Assembly (NCBI GenBank): GCA_963760795.1
Contig: CAVXEP010000010.1
Coordinates: 62,113-126,112 of the forward strand
Length of the DNA stretch: 64,000 nt
Source: an uncultured delta proteobacterium
GTDB taxonomy: Bacteria > Desulfobacterota > Binatia > UBA9968
Direction: 5' to 3'
Shown here: in pieces, positions 19,696-30,210 of the stretch
How positions within the stretch are numbered: the stretch's first letter is position 1
Layout: the number at the start of each line of letters is the position of its first letter
Program-made: the position numbers and the translations under genes
Notes under the pieces: generated by a model
Database searches by the model: none
The model's input: only the letters and a program-made list of their open reading frames with translations
Told to the model about the DNA's origin: nothing

Positions 19696-20142
19696 CTAGG
19701 CTGAGGGTTCGCGGTCGCCCCCACGCGACCTATTATCGTCGTAGTTCCGTCTGTCGTCGTAGTTTCTTCTGTCGTCGTAGTTTCGCCGCGGCGGTTCATC
19801 GCTATACACCCGTGGCGCCGACGGACTGGTCATCGGGCTATCCTCTACCGCTCGCGTCGTCAGGTAGCGCAGTATGCCGTCGGTGAGCTTGAGATTACGC
19901 TCGAGCTCGGCAACCGCCTTGCCGGTGGCCTTGTAACGCATCAAGGTATAGAAACCCTTGCCTTGTTTTTCGATGCGATAGGCGAGATCGCGCAGTCCCC
20001 ATTCTTCGACCTGCACGATGGTACCCTCTTGACCTTCGACAACCTTGTTGAATCGTTCGATAAATTCTTTATTTCTCGGACCTTTTTCCGGATGCACGAC
20101 AAAAAGAGTTTCGTATAATGTTACCGTATTACTACCCTCCAC
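19696..20142 (-). CDS. rpsF: 30S ribosomal protein S6 (start uncertain)
   Basis: LYETLFVVHP, EEWGLRDLAYRIEK, ELERNLK…ILRYL. Confidence 0.95.
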   Translation of the reverse strand: MEGSNTVTLYETLFVVHPEKGPRNKEFIERFNKVVEGQEGTIVQVEEWGLRDLAYRIEKQGKGFYTLMRYKATGKAVAELERNLKLTDGILRYLTTRAVEDSPMTSPSAPRVYSDEPPRRNYDDRRNYDDRRNYDDNRSRGGDREPSA

Positions 20143-20177
20143 AGGAAAATTGTCTATTTAACATACGCACTTGGCGT

Positions 20178-20762
20178 TTACAATGTGCCGTTTTCGTCAA
20201 CCGCTCGATTATAAACACCCATGGCCGCCGCCGCGCCCTCATGAATCAGACAGCCAAGCGCAGCCGCGGAGCGTTCGATGGCCGTGGACAGATCGGCCAT
20301 TTCAGCTGCACCGAAGGGCGCGAGCACATGGTCGATCGCAACCGTCCCTTCGGGCGGACGGCCAATACCGATGCGGATACGGTTAAACGGCACACCGCCT
20401 AAATGCTCGATGATCGAACTGACACCGCGATGGCCGCCGGCGCTACCCTTGGTGCGAATCCTGATCCGGCCCAGCGGCAAATCCAGGTCATCGTAGATGA
20501 CCACTAAATCCGCCGCCGTTACTCCATACTGTTGGAGCAGCGCGGCCACCGCCACGCCGCTGCGGTTCATGAAAGTCTCCGGCTTGGCCAATAGCAACGA
20601 CTCTTCGTGGCTTTTCCCCAGTCCAAGCAGGGCATCGCATCGATGCTGATCCAGAATGATGTGGTGCTGCTGCGCCAAGCTGTCGATAACTAGGAAACCG
20701 ATATTATGCCGCGTGCCGTCGTACTTGCTTCCTGGATTCCCTAGGCCAACGACGATTTTCAC
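20178..20762 (-). CDS. pth: Peptidyl-tRNA hydrolase
   Basis: VGLGNPG…TRHNIGF, KPETFMNRSG, GGHRG. Confidence 0.97.
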   Translation of the reverse strand: MKIVVGLGNPGSKYDGTRHNIGFLVIDSLAQQHHIILDQHRCDALLGLGKSHEESLLLAKPETFMNRSGVAVAALLQQYGVTAADLVVIYDDLDLPLGRIRIRTKGSAGGHRGVSSIIEHLGGVPFNRIRIGIGRPPEGTVAIDHVLAPFGAAEMADLSTAIERSAAALGCLIHEGAAAAMGVYNRAVDENGTL

Positions 20763-20797
20763 ACAGCCAATCTCGAAGAAAGCGCAAGACCAGCCGC

Positions 20798-21451
20798 CTA
20801 GGGGTTATCCTTTTTGGCGTCCGCTTTAGCGTCCACCGGCGCAATGGCGGCGCCTTCCACGGGTGCAACGGTCGGCGTTTCAACGGCTTCAACAGTGGGC
20901 GGCACGACTGCGACCAGCGCCAGGTTGTCTTCGGCAACCGACACGACCCCGTCAGGCATCTGCAAATCTTCAATATGAACCGAATCGCCGATGTCCAGAG
21001 CGGTTACGTCAACGTCGAAAAATTCCGGAATATCGAGCGGCAAACACTCGACCTCGATCTCGCGCAAGATCGGCTGAAGAACACCGCCGTTTACGATACC
21101 AATTGCCTTGCCGACAAAGTGGAGCGGCACATGCACCTGAATCTTCGCGGAAAGATCGACTTCGTAGAAATCGGCATGGATCACCTCGCCGCTGATCGGA
21201 TGAAATTGCATGTCCTTCACCAGGGCAACCTTTTCGGCGAGCGTCGCCGACGCCGATTTCAACCGCACCAGGTGGGAACCTTGCAGGCCAGCAACGCGCC
21301 GAGAGAATTCTTTCTTGTCGAGCGCCAAGGTGACCGTCGTCATCTTCGGACCGTATAGAATCGCCGGAATCTTACCGTCGCGAAGCAACCGTCTGGCGTC
21401 ACGTTTACGCTGCTTATCGCGTGCTTCAACCTGTATTTCCAGAGTATCCAA
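20798..21451 (-). CDS. rplY: 50S ribosomal protein L25/Ctc
   Basis: IPAILYG, QFHPI…HADF, LDIGDSVHI. Confidence 0.95.
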   Translation of the reverse strand: MDTLEIQVEARDKQRKRDARRLLRDGKIPAILYGPKMTTVTLALDKKEFSRRVAGLQGSHLVRLKSASATLAEKVALVKDMQFHPISGEVIHADFYEVDLSAKIQVHVPLHFVGKAIGIVNGGVLQPILREIEVECLPLDIPEFFDVDVTALDIGDSVHIEDLQMPDGVVSVAEDNLALVAVVPPTVEAVETPTVAPVEGAAIAPVDAKADAKKDNP

Positions 21452-21469
21452 GGAAACTACCTCCTCTGA

Positions 21470-22420
21470 TTAAACGAATAGAGAGCTGATCGATTCTTCT
21501 TCATGGGTGCGGCGAATCGCCTCACCGATCAAGTGGGCAACCGACAATGTTTTAATCTTGCCGCATCCCTGGGCTTGCGGCCCGAGGGGAATCGTGTTGG
21601 TGACAATCAGTTGTTCGAGCGGGCATTCTTCGATGCGCTTGATCGCCGGTCCGGACAATATCGCGTGCGAGCAGCAACCGATGATTTTTCGCGCGCCTGC
21701 TTCTTTAAGCGCTTCGGCAGCCATGGTCAATGTCCCGGCGGTATCGACCATATCGTCGATTAATATCGCAATCCGATCCTTGACCTCACCGATAATATTC
21801 ATCTCGGCAACGACATTGGGACCGATCCGACGTTTATCGATAATCGCCAACGATGCATCCAAGCGCGTGGCGATGGCCCGCGCCCGTTCCACGCCGCCGG
21901 CGTCCGGCGAGACGATAGTAACCTCGGTATGATCGACTTGCTTGCGCAGATAATCCAACAGCACCGGCGTGGCGTAAACGTTATCCACGGGAATGTCGAA
22001 AAAGCCTTGAATCTGCCCCGAGTGAAGGTCAACGGTCAACATGCGCGACGCGCCGGCTCGGGTTATCAGATCGGCGACTAACTTAGCGCTGATCGGCACC
22101 CGCGGGATGACTTTACGGTCCTGGCGCGCATAGCCGTAGTAGGGCATGACGGCAGTGATGCGTTGAGCTGAAGCGCGCTTGAAGGCGTCGAGCATCAGCA
22201 AAAGCTCCATCAAGTTGTCATTGCCGGGCGTCGAGGTAGATTGCAAAACAAACACATCCGCGCCGCGGACGTTCTCCTTGATTTCGACCTTGCTCTCGCC
22301 GTCGCTAAATTTGTCCACCATCGCCTTGCCCAACGGCACTTTGAGATACTGGCTGATCTCTGCGGCGAGCGGCGGATTGGAGTTTCCCGCGAATATTTTC
22401 AATTCGGCTGTGCGACCCAT
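21470..22420 (-). CDS. prs: Ribose-phosphate pyrophosphokinase
   Basis: FSDGE, YGYARQDRK, VSPDAGGVERA, DDMVDTAGT. Confidence 0.97.
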   Translation of the reverse strand: MGRTAELKIFAGNSNPPLAAEISQYLKVPLGKAMVDKFSDGESKVEIKENVRGADVFVLQSTSTPGNDNLMELLLMLDAFKRASAQRITAVMPYYGYARQDRKVIPRVPISAKLVADLITRAGASRMLTVDLHSGQIQGFFDIPVDNVYATPVLLDYLRKQVDHTEVTIVSPDAGGVERARAIATRLDASLAIIDKRRIGPNVVAEMNIIGEVKDRIAILIDDMVDTAGTLTMAAEALKEAGARKIIGCCSHAILSGPAIKRIEECPLEQLIVTNTIPLGPQAQGCGKIKTLSVAHLIGEAIRRTHEEESISSLFV

Positions 22421-22482
22421 CCTTTTCTCACTACCCCTGCCATGCAAATCCGTCAATTCGTAGTCCAATCACCTCTGCCACT

Positions 22483-22521
22483 AAAAAACAGCAGCGCCGT
22501 CCCTCTGTGAACGGCGCTACT
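22483..22521 (-). terminator. Terminator-like hairpin between tRNA-Gln and prs
   Basis: Stem agcgccgt…acggcgct, followed by GCTGTTTTTT on the minus strand. Confidence 0.55.
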
Positions 22522-22578
22522 CAAGTTCTACTAAATCCATGTCGCAAAGGCCAGCCGGGCAATAATAACAGGAGAAAC

Positions 22579-22653
22579 TGGCTGGGCGGGAAGGATTCGA
22601 ACCTTCGAATACCGGCTCCAAAGGCCGGGGCCTTACCACTTGGCGACCGCCCA
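22579..22653 (-). tRNA. tRNA-Gln(TTG)
   Basis: TGGGCGG…CCGGC-CTTTGGA-GCCGG…GGTTCGAATCC…CCGCCCAGCCA cloverleaf with encoded CCA. Confidence 0.96.
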
Positions 22654-22701
22654 TCCGTGAACTCCCGCTGGGAAGCTCATCCGGTCGCGCAGAACACCCG
22701 A

Positions 22702-22989
22702 TCACTCGTCATGGACCGGTGTCGGCGCCCCGCCGTCGGCGAGCACTTTTTGATACTCCGCGATTATCTTTTCCTCGATCATCCGGCGCGTCTCATTGTT
22801 GATCGGATGCGCGATATCTTTATAGGTTCCATCCTTGCGCTTCTTGCTGGGCATCGAGACAAACAGCCCAGTGGCGCCATGTATGATTTTTAAGTCCCGA
22901 ATCACAAAGCAGTGATCGAGTGTGATAGTGACATAAGCCCTGAGCTTATCTTCCTCGACAGGAAAGACCCTAACCTCGGTAACTTGCAT
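22702..22989 (-). CDS. spoVG: SpoVG family nucleic-acid-binding protein
   Basis: MQVTEVRV…GLFVSMPSKKRKDGTYKDIAHPIN. Confidence 0.95.
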   Translation of the reverse strand: MQVTEVRVFPVEEDKLRAYVTITLDHCFVIRDLKIIHGATGLFVSMPSKKRKDGTYKDIAHPINNETRRMIEEKIIAEYQKVLADGGAPTPVHDE

Positions 22990-23057
22990 AGGGACCCCCT
23001 TCTGGACGAGCCAGATGTTGCGCCGGTAGAGTTCTTTTTATGGGCTTTTGACTAATC

Positions 23058-23921
23058 TTAATTCAAAACATGCACCAGGAACGCTTGGATCCCCTCCTCA
23101 TGCCGCATCCGACGATAGGCTCGCTCAGCCAATCGTTTCGACCTGAAAACGCCAAATACCGAGGAGCCGCTTCCCGACATCAGAACCGCCACGGCACCTG
23201 CCAGAGACAGTTTCGTTTTCACTCGACCGATTTCAGGATATCTCCTTATGGCAACCTGCTCGAGATCATTGACGAGCAGTTTTTCGAGCGTATCCAGGCT
23301 CTCCAGCGGCGTCGCAATGCTAGTATTTACGCTAACTTTTGTCAACTTTAGAGAGAGGTTTCCGTACACCCACGCAGTCGCTACCGGGAATCCTGGGTAG
23401 GCCAGTACCAGCCAGCGGCGCCGCAGCTTCGGCAGCAAACGGAGTTTTTCGCCGATCCCACGCGCCCGCGCCGGCTTGGCGCGAATAAAGAACGGCACGT
23501 CAGCGCCAAGTTGCAGCGCCAGCCGCTCCAATTGGCGCACCGACAAGCGCAATTTCCACATGCGGTTAAGGCCGACCAACACCGCGGCGGCGTCGGTACT
23601 ACCGCCGCCCAGCCCTGCACCGATGGGAATATTTTTTCGAATGCGAATGCAAACAGGTCGATTAATCTTGGTTTTTTGCATCAACAATTCTGCGGCGCGG
23701 TAGGCGATATTGTCCCGACCCAACGGTACTTGCGAATGGTTGCAGCGAATTTCTACCGGCGCAAGCGGCGCGGCGCGGCGCGCGGTTGTGCGCTGCTGAA
23801 TGTCGATCTCATCATAGAGCGACACCGGCACCATGACAGTATCGAGCAGGTGATAGCCATCGGCGCGTTTGCCGACCACCCGCAAGCTCAAATTGATTTT
23901 TGCCGGCGCGCGAATCTTCAC
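23058..23921 (-). CDS. ispE: 4-diphosphocytidyl-2-C-methyl-D-erythritol kinase
   Basis: APAKINL, KNIPIGAGLGGGSTDAA, LGADVPFF, MSGSGS. Confidence 0.96.
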   Translation of the reverse strand: MKIRAPAKINLSLRVVGKRADGYHLLDTVMVPVSLYDEIDIQQRTTARRAAPLAPVEIRCNHSQVPLGRDNIAYRAAELLMQKTKINRPVCIRIRKNIPIGAGLGGGSTDAAAVLVGLNRMWKLRLSVRQLERLALQLGADVPFFIRAKPARARGIGEKLRLLPKLRRRWLVLAYPGFPVATAWVYGNLSLKLTKVSVNTSIATPLESLDTLEKLLVNDLEQVAIRRYPEIGRVKTKLSLAGAVAVLMSGSGSSVFGVFRSKRLAERAYRRMRHEEGIQAFLVHVLN

Positions 23922-24039
23922 GCGTCACTAGCTAACATAGCCGCTAGATAATTGCGAAAGTTCGGCAAGCCATGACACAAGACTCAAGCGCATTTCTCCT
24001 GCGGAATATTATCCAAGCTTCTTAAGAGTCTTTTTGACC

Positions 24040-24285
24040 CGCAGCCGGCCCTGGACGTGTGCTACGGCGCGTGTGGGCCGCGTCGACGGATATTGGGAGT
24101 TGAAACTGAAACCTTGGGATGTTGCGGCGAGAAGTTTGATCGTCGCCGAGGCGGGCGGCAAACTCAGCGACTTTCGCGGCGAGCCATTTGACATCAGAGG
24201 CCGAGGAACTTTAGCGGCCAATCCGCTGATTCATGAGCAAATGTATCGCATCACCGCGGCCATAGAGACCAAGCACGTTGACTGA
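24040..24285 (+). pseudogene. suhB: 3' remnant of an inositol monophosphatase (SuhB family)
   Basis: (A)LDVCY…GRVDGYWELKLKPWDVAA…EAGG. The N-terminal two-thirds are absent and there is an indel. Confidence 0.8.
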
Positions 24286-24315
24286 TCGCCAACCCGGTGA
24301 TAGAAAATTTGCCAC

Positions 24316-24390
24316 GCGCCCGTAGTGAAATGGATATCACGAGGGTCTCCGAAACCCTAAGTACAGGTTCAATTCCTGTCGGGCGCACCA
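24316..24390 (+). tRNA. tRNA-Arg(CCG)
   Basis: GCGCCCG…AGGGT-CTCCGAA-ACCCT…GGTTCAATTCC…CGGGCGCACCA. Confidence 0.95.
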
Positions 24391-24559
24391 CGCTGATTTA
24401 TAAAGACAAACTCTTAAAACTCCCGGCCGGCTAAAATGACGAGGCTGCCCATAAGGTTGGCCAAAGCCGTTTGCTCGCCGCTACGCATGGTAGATCTCGT
24501 CATCATCGACCTCTCTATTTGACTGCATGTTCCTTGGCGGTTTTGGCCCTGGCTAGGTG

Positions 24560-25045
24560 TCCCTCGCGTGCCATGAATCTCCGCGTCTGCGGTTGCCTGT
24601 CCGACGCGCAGATAGAATGCGCGGGCAGCGTGGCAAATTCAACGCTATCGTTCGCGAGTTTCCGGTCCTCTGCTCGACCGCCTCGACCTTCAGATCACAG
24701 TGCCCGGCTTGCGTTATTTAGCGTTGGCAAGCAAAGACGCTGGTGAAATCTCGACGGATTCGTGAAGGCGTGAACACTGCACGCAAGATTCAACTGCCGC
24801 GATTCGAGAATTCAAAGCTTCACGCCAACACTTAAATGGGCGCGAAAGAGATTCGCGCGGTCGTGCCATGAAAAATGATGCAGAGAAATTATTGGAAACC
24901 GCGATTAGCAAGCTCGCCCTGAGCGCGCGAACCTGCAGCCGAGTGCTGAAAGTTGGCCGCACGATCGCCGACCTCGCCGGCGCAAAAACATCGAGGCCGC
25001 TCGTATCGCCGAAGCAATTCTCTATTAGAGTTTGGATCGGAGAAT
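24560..25045 (+). pseudogene. comM: Degraded 3' part of ComM/YifB (Mg-chelatase-like ATPase)
   Basis: Fragments in several frames: [16 protein letters not shown] and LLETAISKLALSARTCSRVLKVGRTIADLAG. Confidence 0.75.
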
Positions 25046-25337
25046 GTAGTCTGTCGCTCGGACGTTTTTTTACTCATGAGGCGGGAAAGGGGTAAAGAAT
25101 TGGGTCGTTCGAACGGATGCGAACGATATGGAAGAGACGCGGGAGGCGAGGAAAGTGCGGTGAATCTTTCACCCGGGAGCAAAAGTTTGAGAATCCAAAA
25201 GATATCGAGTGTGAAAAGCGGTCAAGGAAGATTTGGCGGGGTATCTGCTGGCCCAATCGCTGTATCACAAGTGAACCCGACGGTCACCGGTGGGAGTGCC
25301 GGTATCGTTGAGAACTAGCCGGCCAATAAATCGTGAG

Positions 25338-26847
25338 TTAGTGGCGGAAACGGGGGTTTGTTGCGCTAACCTTGTTTTCAATTACATAACTCGCTTCCGG
25401 CGGGAAGGGAATTTCAGGCGCCTGGGGTCGGAACTGTTTTTTATCAAGACCATAAAGTCGCATTTTGCGAAAAAGCGTTCTCACACAAATGCCGGAGTTA
25501 GCCGCTGCCCGATCAATGCTGCCGTGAAAAGCCTCGAGTTGTTTGACTAAGTAGGCCTTTTCCTGTTCTCTGATCCACTGCGCGAAGGTTACGCCGGTTG
25601 CTTTGTTTGCTCGATCTTTCTCAGGCGGTGGAGGCTCATCCAAAAGATCCACCTTCTCAATTACCGGTAAAACAGCCATGACCACGGCTTTCTCGAGCAC
25701 GTTCTGCAGTTCGCGAACATTGCCAGGCCAGGAATGATGCATAAGCTGGCTCATTGCTTGCCGAGAGATTTCCGTAATCCCCTTTTGCGCCGCAAAGGGG
25801 TGCGTTCGTAGGAAATTCTCCACCAGCAACGGGATGTCGGCTCGCCGCTGTCGCAGCGGCATGAGCTGAATCGAAACCACATTGATGCGATAATAAAAAT
25901 CGTTCCGCATCTTTCGATCGGCAACAAGCTGCTTGGCAGGGACTTTGGTTGCGGCAATGACTCGGATATCGATATCATACTTCCGATTCCCACCCAGCCG
26001 TTGGACCTTGCGATCCTCGAGGACACGCAGAAGTTTTGCTTGCATCGATAGCGACATGCTTTCTATTTCATCCAGGAAAAGGGTGCCCCCATGGGCTAAC
26101 TCGATCATTCCCTCCCTTGCGTGGTCTGCACCAGTGAAGGCTCCGCTCTCGAACCCGAAAAGCTCGCTCTCGAGAAGCGAGTCGGGCACACCCGCACAAT
26201 TAATCGTCACGAGTTTTCCCTCGCGCCGCGCGCTTCGATCATGAATCGCCTTTGCGACGAGCTCCTTTCCGGTTCCAGTTTCACCCTCCACGAGTACCGT
26301 CACATCCATGTTTGAAACCATCCGGATGGTTTCAAAGACACGGTACATTTCAGGAGTTTTGCTGAGCATACCGACGAATTCGAAACTCTCTGCGAAACTG
26401 TCGTCGCATATGTCTGAGTTCCGTAAAAATTTGCCCTTTCTCCAATGCCGACTGTGTGGACGTTTGGACGGCCACAGCACTAATGGGTGTGCTAATAAAG
26501 TCACTGACACCCGCCTTGAGGACTTTAACCGCAACTTCAACGTCTCTTTCCCCGGTAATAACAATGACTGGAACATCAGAATGCAACTTGCGTATCCGCT
26601 CAATGAATTTGATCCCATCGAGGTCTGGCAAGTGAACGTCAGTCACCACCAGATCCGTTGAGCCATCAGCTATTTTCACGAGCGCGTCTTGACCGGACTG
26701 CATCACAGACACCGAATACGCGCATTGAGAATAAAGGCGCTGTAGTTGCTCACAAACCATTGCGTCAGAATTGATGAGCAGAATTCGTGGCGAGCGCTGC
26801 TCATCGAGGGGGATTTGCGTGGTGTTTCGTTGAGTCAATTTAGTCAC
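25338..26847 (-). CDS. Sigma54-dependent response regulator (NtrC family), split by a frameshift near 26400-26450
   Basis: Receiver domain (DLVVTDVHLPDLDG) in 26350..26847. AAA+ domain (GETGTGKE, GAFTGA, WPGNVRELQN) and Fis-type HTH in 25338..26618. Confidence 0.85.
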
Positions 26848-27540
26848 TGATGAGTCAAATCACGACGACAACGTATCGTCATTTAGCCGAAACTTTTGAC
26901 GCGGCTGTTACCAGTCCAGAGAGCTAGAGAATTGTCAGGCGGATAACGAAGCACCAAAGTCGCGTATTCCATTTTTTAGTATCAGCACTGCAACCGTTGC
27001 ACAGATTGAGTCAAAATGAGTCGAAATTTTCAAAGTGGCCCCAATTCGCACAATGATGACGTGTAGATTCGAGAGGTTAGCGGGTCGAACCATTTCAAAA
27101 TGTCCTCATTGAATAACGTCTTCCGCAGTCCCCCCCCTCACGTCTGCAAGGCAACGAACGCCATTGCATTTTAGATCTTCGTGCACGATCTCAAACCATT
27201 CGCCTAGCTCGATCAAATCGGGTCTCAAGATGTCGATGAAATCACCGCCACGTTCGCCGGACGCACAGCTTAAAAAAAATTACTAGCCCGGCTGCCCTCG
27301 TCGGCTTAGCACATGCCAACAATTGCATGCCCAAGACGTCAAGCAAGTCGTTTATTTTGACAGAAACAAGTGTCACCGCACTCTCTACGAATGCAGTATC
27401 TCTATTTTCCGTCCCACAGTTCGCCCTTAAGACTCGATTAAGAATTATGCAGCATCTCAATTACCAGCCGTCTCTGAACCAAACTCAAACAGAGAGTACA
27501 GCTGTTAAGAACCGATCGTACCCTCTGGTGTGCAGCGGCT

Positions 27541-28899
27541 TCAGAGCGGAATGATATTAGGTCTTGGAAAACTCTTGAAGCCGTTCCGACTGTCTACTAC
27601 CAGGGCGTTTTGCGCCGCGATCATTGCGTAGTCGAAGGTTTCATGGTCATTCAATAACACGATACAATCCATCGAATCGACAATTTTCGATGAAAGCTGG
27701 ATCGATTTCATCGCTGCACCCTCGATCTCGATGGACTTCTGATATGGATCAGCGAACGATATAGAAACGCCTTTCTGTCGTAACCCCCGCAGGACTTCTA
27801 TCGCGGCAGCCTCACAGAGGCCGCTGGAGTCACGTTTATGACTGACACCCAAAGCAAGAATTCTTGAATGTTTGAGGCTCTTTCCTGCTTCATTTAACGC
27901 GTCGGCAATTCGTTCGATTATGAAGGATGACATTTGGCTGTTAATGTCTGTCGCCAATTCAATCATGCGAAGATGAAATCCACCTACTCCGGTCTTAGAC
28001 GTAATGTAACGTGCGTCTACTGGAGCCACATCGCTACCCATGCCAGGCCCAGGATGAAAGGGCATGAACCCAAACGGCTTACTCTGCGCCGCATCAATCA
28101 CCTCCCAGACATTAATGCCAAGCTTGCGCGAAAGCAGTGCCATTTCATTGACGACAGCAGTATTTACACTACTAAACGTATTTTCCAAAAGTTTTACCAT
28201 CTCAGCCGTCTCTGGTGATGAAACCGGAATAATGGTTTCAATAAATTGCCGGTAAAACAACACCGCCATTTCAGTGCAGTACGTCGTTATACCGCCAACA
28301 ACTCTTGGGATGATGTGGTTTTTGTAACTTGGGTCACCAGGATTGAGTCTTTGCGGCGTATAGGCAAGAAAGAAGTCTTCGCCAACTTGCAGACCGGTCT
28401 CTTCTAAAATTGGTAATATCAACTGTCTCATCGCACCTGGGTAGGCCGTGCTTTCCAAGACGATTAATTGCCCCGGACGCAAATGATTGCGCAACGTCTC
28501 AATTGCAGCAACAACGTAGGATAGAGATGGTTCGTTTGTCTTTTGCAATGGCGTCGGAACGCAAATACTGATCGCGTCAAGCTCTTCAACAGTTGCTAGA
28601 GATTGGGTAGCCTTGATCTGATTCTTCACAACGAACTGAAAAAGCGTTTCGCTTGGCACATCGACGTGATCCGATATCCCGGCGTTAACAGCGTTGACTC
28701 GCGCCCCATCAAAATCGACTCCGGTGACGCCAAACCCCGCTTTTGCCATCTCCACGGCTGCAGAAAGCCCAGCGTATCCCAACCCGACTACACCAACTGC
28801 GGCGCTGCGATTACGGATCTTCTTTTCCAGGTTTACCCGTGGGATGTTGGTTTGCTTGGGCGGCGGTTTCCCGTTGCTCTGTCTCGCTCCAGTTCTCAT
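27541..28899 (-). CDS. Nucleotide-sugar dehydrogenase (WbpA/WecC-like) with degenerate active site
   Basis: GLGYAG, ICVPTPL, AEMVKLLENTF, KPFGFMPF. The GGHC motif reads GSDV. Confidence 0.85.
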   Translation of the reverse strand: MRTGARQSNGKPPPKQTNIPRVNLEKKIRNRSAAVGVVGLGYAGLSAAVEMAKAGFGVTGVDFDGARVNAVNAGISDHVDVPSETLFQFVVKNQIKATQSLATVEELDAISICVPTPLQKTNEPSLSYVVAAIETLRNHLRPGQLIVLESTAYPGAMRQLILPILEETGLQVGEDFFLAYTPQRLNPGDPSYKNHIIPRVVGGITTYCTEMAVLFYRQFIETIIPVSSPETAEMVKLLENTFSSVNTAVVNEMALLSRKLGINVWEVIDAAQSKPFGFMPFHPGPGMGSDVAPVDARYITSKTGVGGFHLRMIELATDINSQMSSFIIERIADALNEAGKSLKHSRILALGVSHKRDSSGLCEAAAIEVLRGLRQKGVSISFADPYQKSIEIEGAAMKSIQLSSKIVDSMDCIVLLNDHETFDYAMIAAQNALVVDSRNGFKSFPRPNIIPL

Positions 28900-29554
28900 G
28901 CGATACCTCTCATTATTTTTCGCTTAGCGCTTTCCATCGACGATTAAGCGCCACGATGATTATGTTTCTGCCCAAATCATTTCAGGTTTGCCGGTCGCGA
29001 AAACACGACTCGATTCTGACCCGGACTGTCTTTCCAAGGCTAGCCCGGATTTTTCACGACGTGATCACAGTGCAGGGCAGCAAGCGCAGTACGGTGGGCA
29101 TTGTGAACCGATCGGCCACGGCGATGCTTGGCGCAACAAAAGTCGAAGGAAATTGACGGCTGATTACGGCGAGATGGATCTTGAATTCAGCGAGCTTTGG
29201 CTCGCCGGAGATTCAAGAAATGAGCTAACAGACTTGCAACTTTATGAAGGCTTAGGCCATGAAAAAAACTCCAGCGTCGGTTCGCTCCGACTCCGGCCGC
29301 AATCAACGAAACTGACAGCCGCAATGGAACGAAATCACTGGCGAGTTGTGCGAAATACATAATGAATTGAAACTGACAGTGGAGGTTGTGGTAAAATCAA
29401 TGCACATTTTAGCCGCGAAGTAATACACCCCTTGTAAAGCGATACACGCCAATCGCTTTGCCAGATCAGAATTTTAGCCAAGAAAGAAATAAAATTTTGT
29501 GCGATCTTGGAACAGGGCTGAATTGGCCGCAAGGAGAGATCCGATGACGACCAT

Positions 29555-29845
29555 CACGCGGAACTTTCGATGTCCCAAAGTATACGGTTCCCGACCCTAA
29601 GTTCAAAGGCAACCTCGGGGGTAAAGAGATCTGGCCCAAAAATACCGATATCCAAGGCCTAGGCGCCGTTGGCCATCTCTGCATTATAGAACTCGCGGGC
29701 AATATGGTTTACCAGTGAATTCAAAGAAGTCGTGCTTCGCTGCCTCAGCGCCGCCACGGCCAGGCGCTCTGTCGCCGTGGCTGGCTGGCCTGGTGGGGGG
29801 TTGATGAGCCGGACGTTGGAGTCGTGAGGATTTGTCTTGTCGCAT
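29555..29845 (-). pseudogene. Probable small disrupted hypothetical gene
   Basis: Protein-like read MRQDK…ATERLAVAALRQ…LVNHIAREFYNAEMANGA*ALDIGIFGPDLF…ILWDIE, needing one frameshift and one TAG read-through. Confidence 0.3.
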
Positions 29846-30210
29846 CCCAGCTCTCTCTGTTCTCTGTCCGGACGCTATGCGCCGGGTAAAACTAACCTGC
29901 AGGTATGATTTCTTGCGCCATGGCGATCTCCTTATTATCAATAAGGATTATCTATTGGGGGTCTACTGGCCGCGCTATTGCCGGCAACCTACAATTGGGA
30001 AGGTTATAACGGTGCCAAGCTTGGCACAGGCCGTCAATAATCTTACGATGATTCCGGCGCGTATGGGAGATCGTAATTTCTCGGCCGATGTAGATGTAAT
30101 CTGCGTATCACTTATTCCTTCATAAATGTTTTCATCCACATCGGATGAGCATTCCGTAGTAACGAATTACGATGTGTGCAGAGTACCTCAGCTGATGCTC
30201 TGGCGTATAA

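Noticed and set aside
22702-22989. spoVG as evidence of sporulation
   Set aside because: SpoVG is a widespread nucleic-acid-binding protein, and this ispE-prs context is ordinary.
26400-26450. Programmed frameshifting in the split regulator and other split genes
   Set aside because: No consistent slippery site or stimulatory structure was seen; error or decay is more parsimonious.
27000-29540. Short ORFs in the AT-rich gaps (27242..27460, 27327..27554, 28988..29362)
   Set aside because: No RBS, motif or coding-like composition that I could support.
30012-30035. Perfect palindrome GTGCCAAGCTTGGCAC and resemblance to the pUC/lacZ-alpha polylinker flank
   Set aside because: Similarity is under 20 bp and the flanks diverge, so it is not vector. 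Neither TGGCAC half has a proper -12 box. It could be an operator, but this is unsupported.
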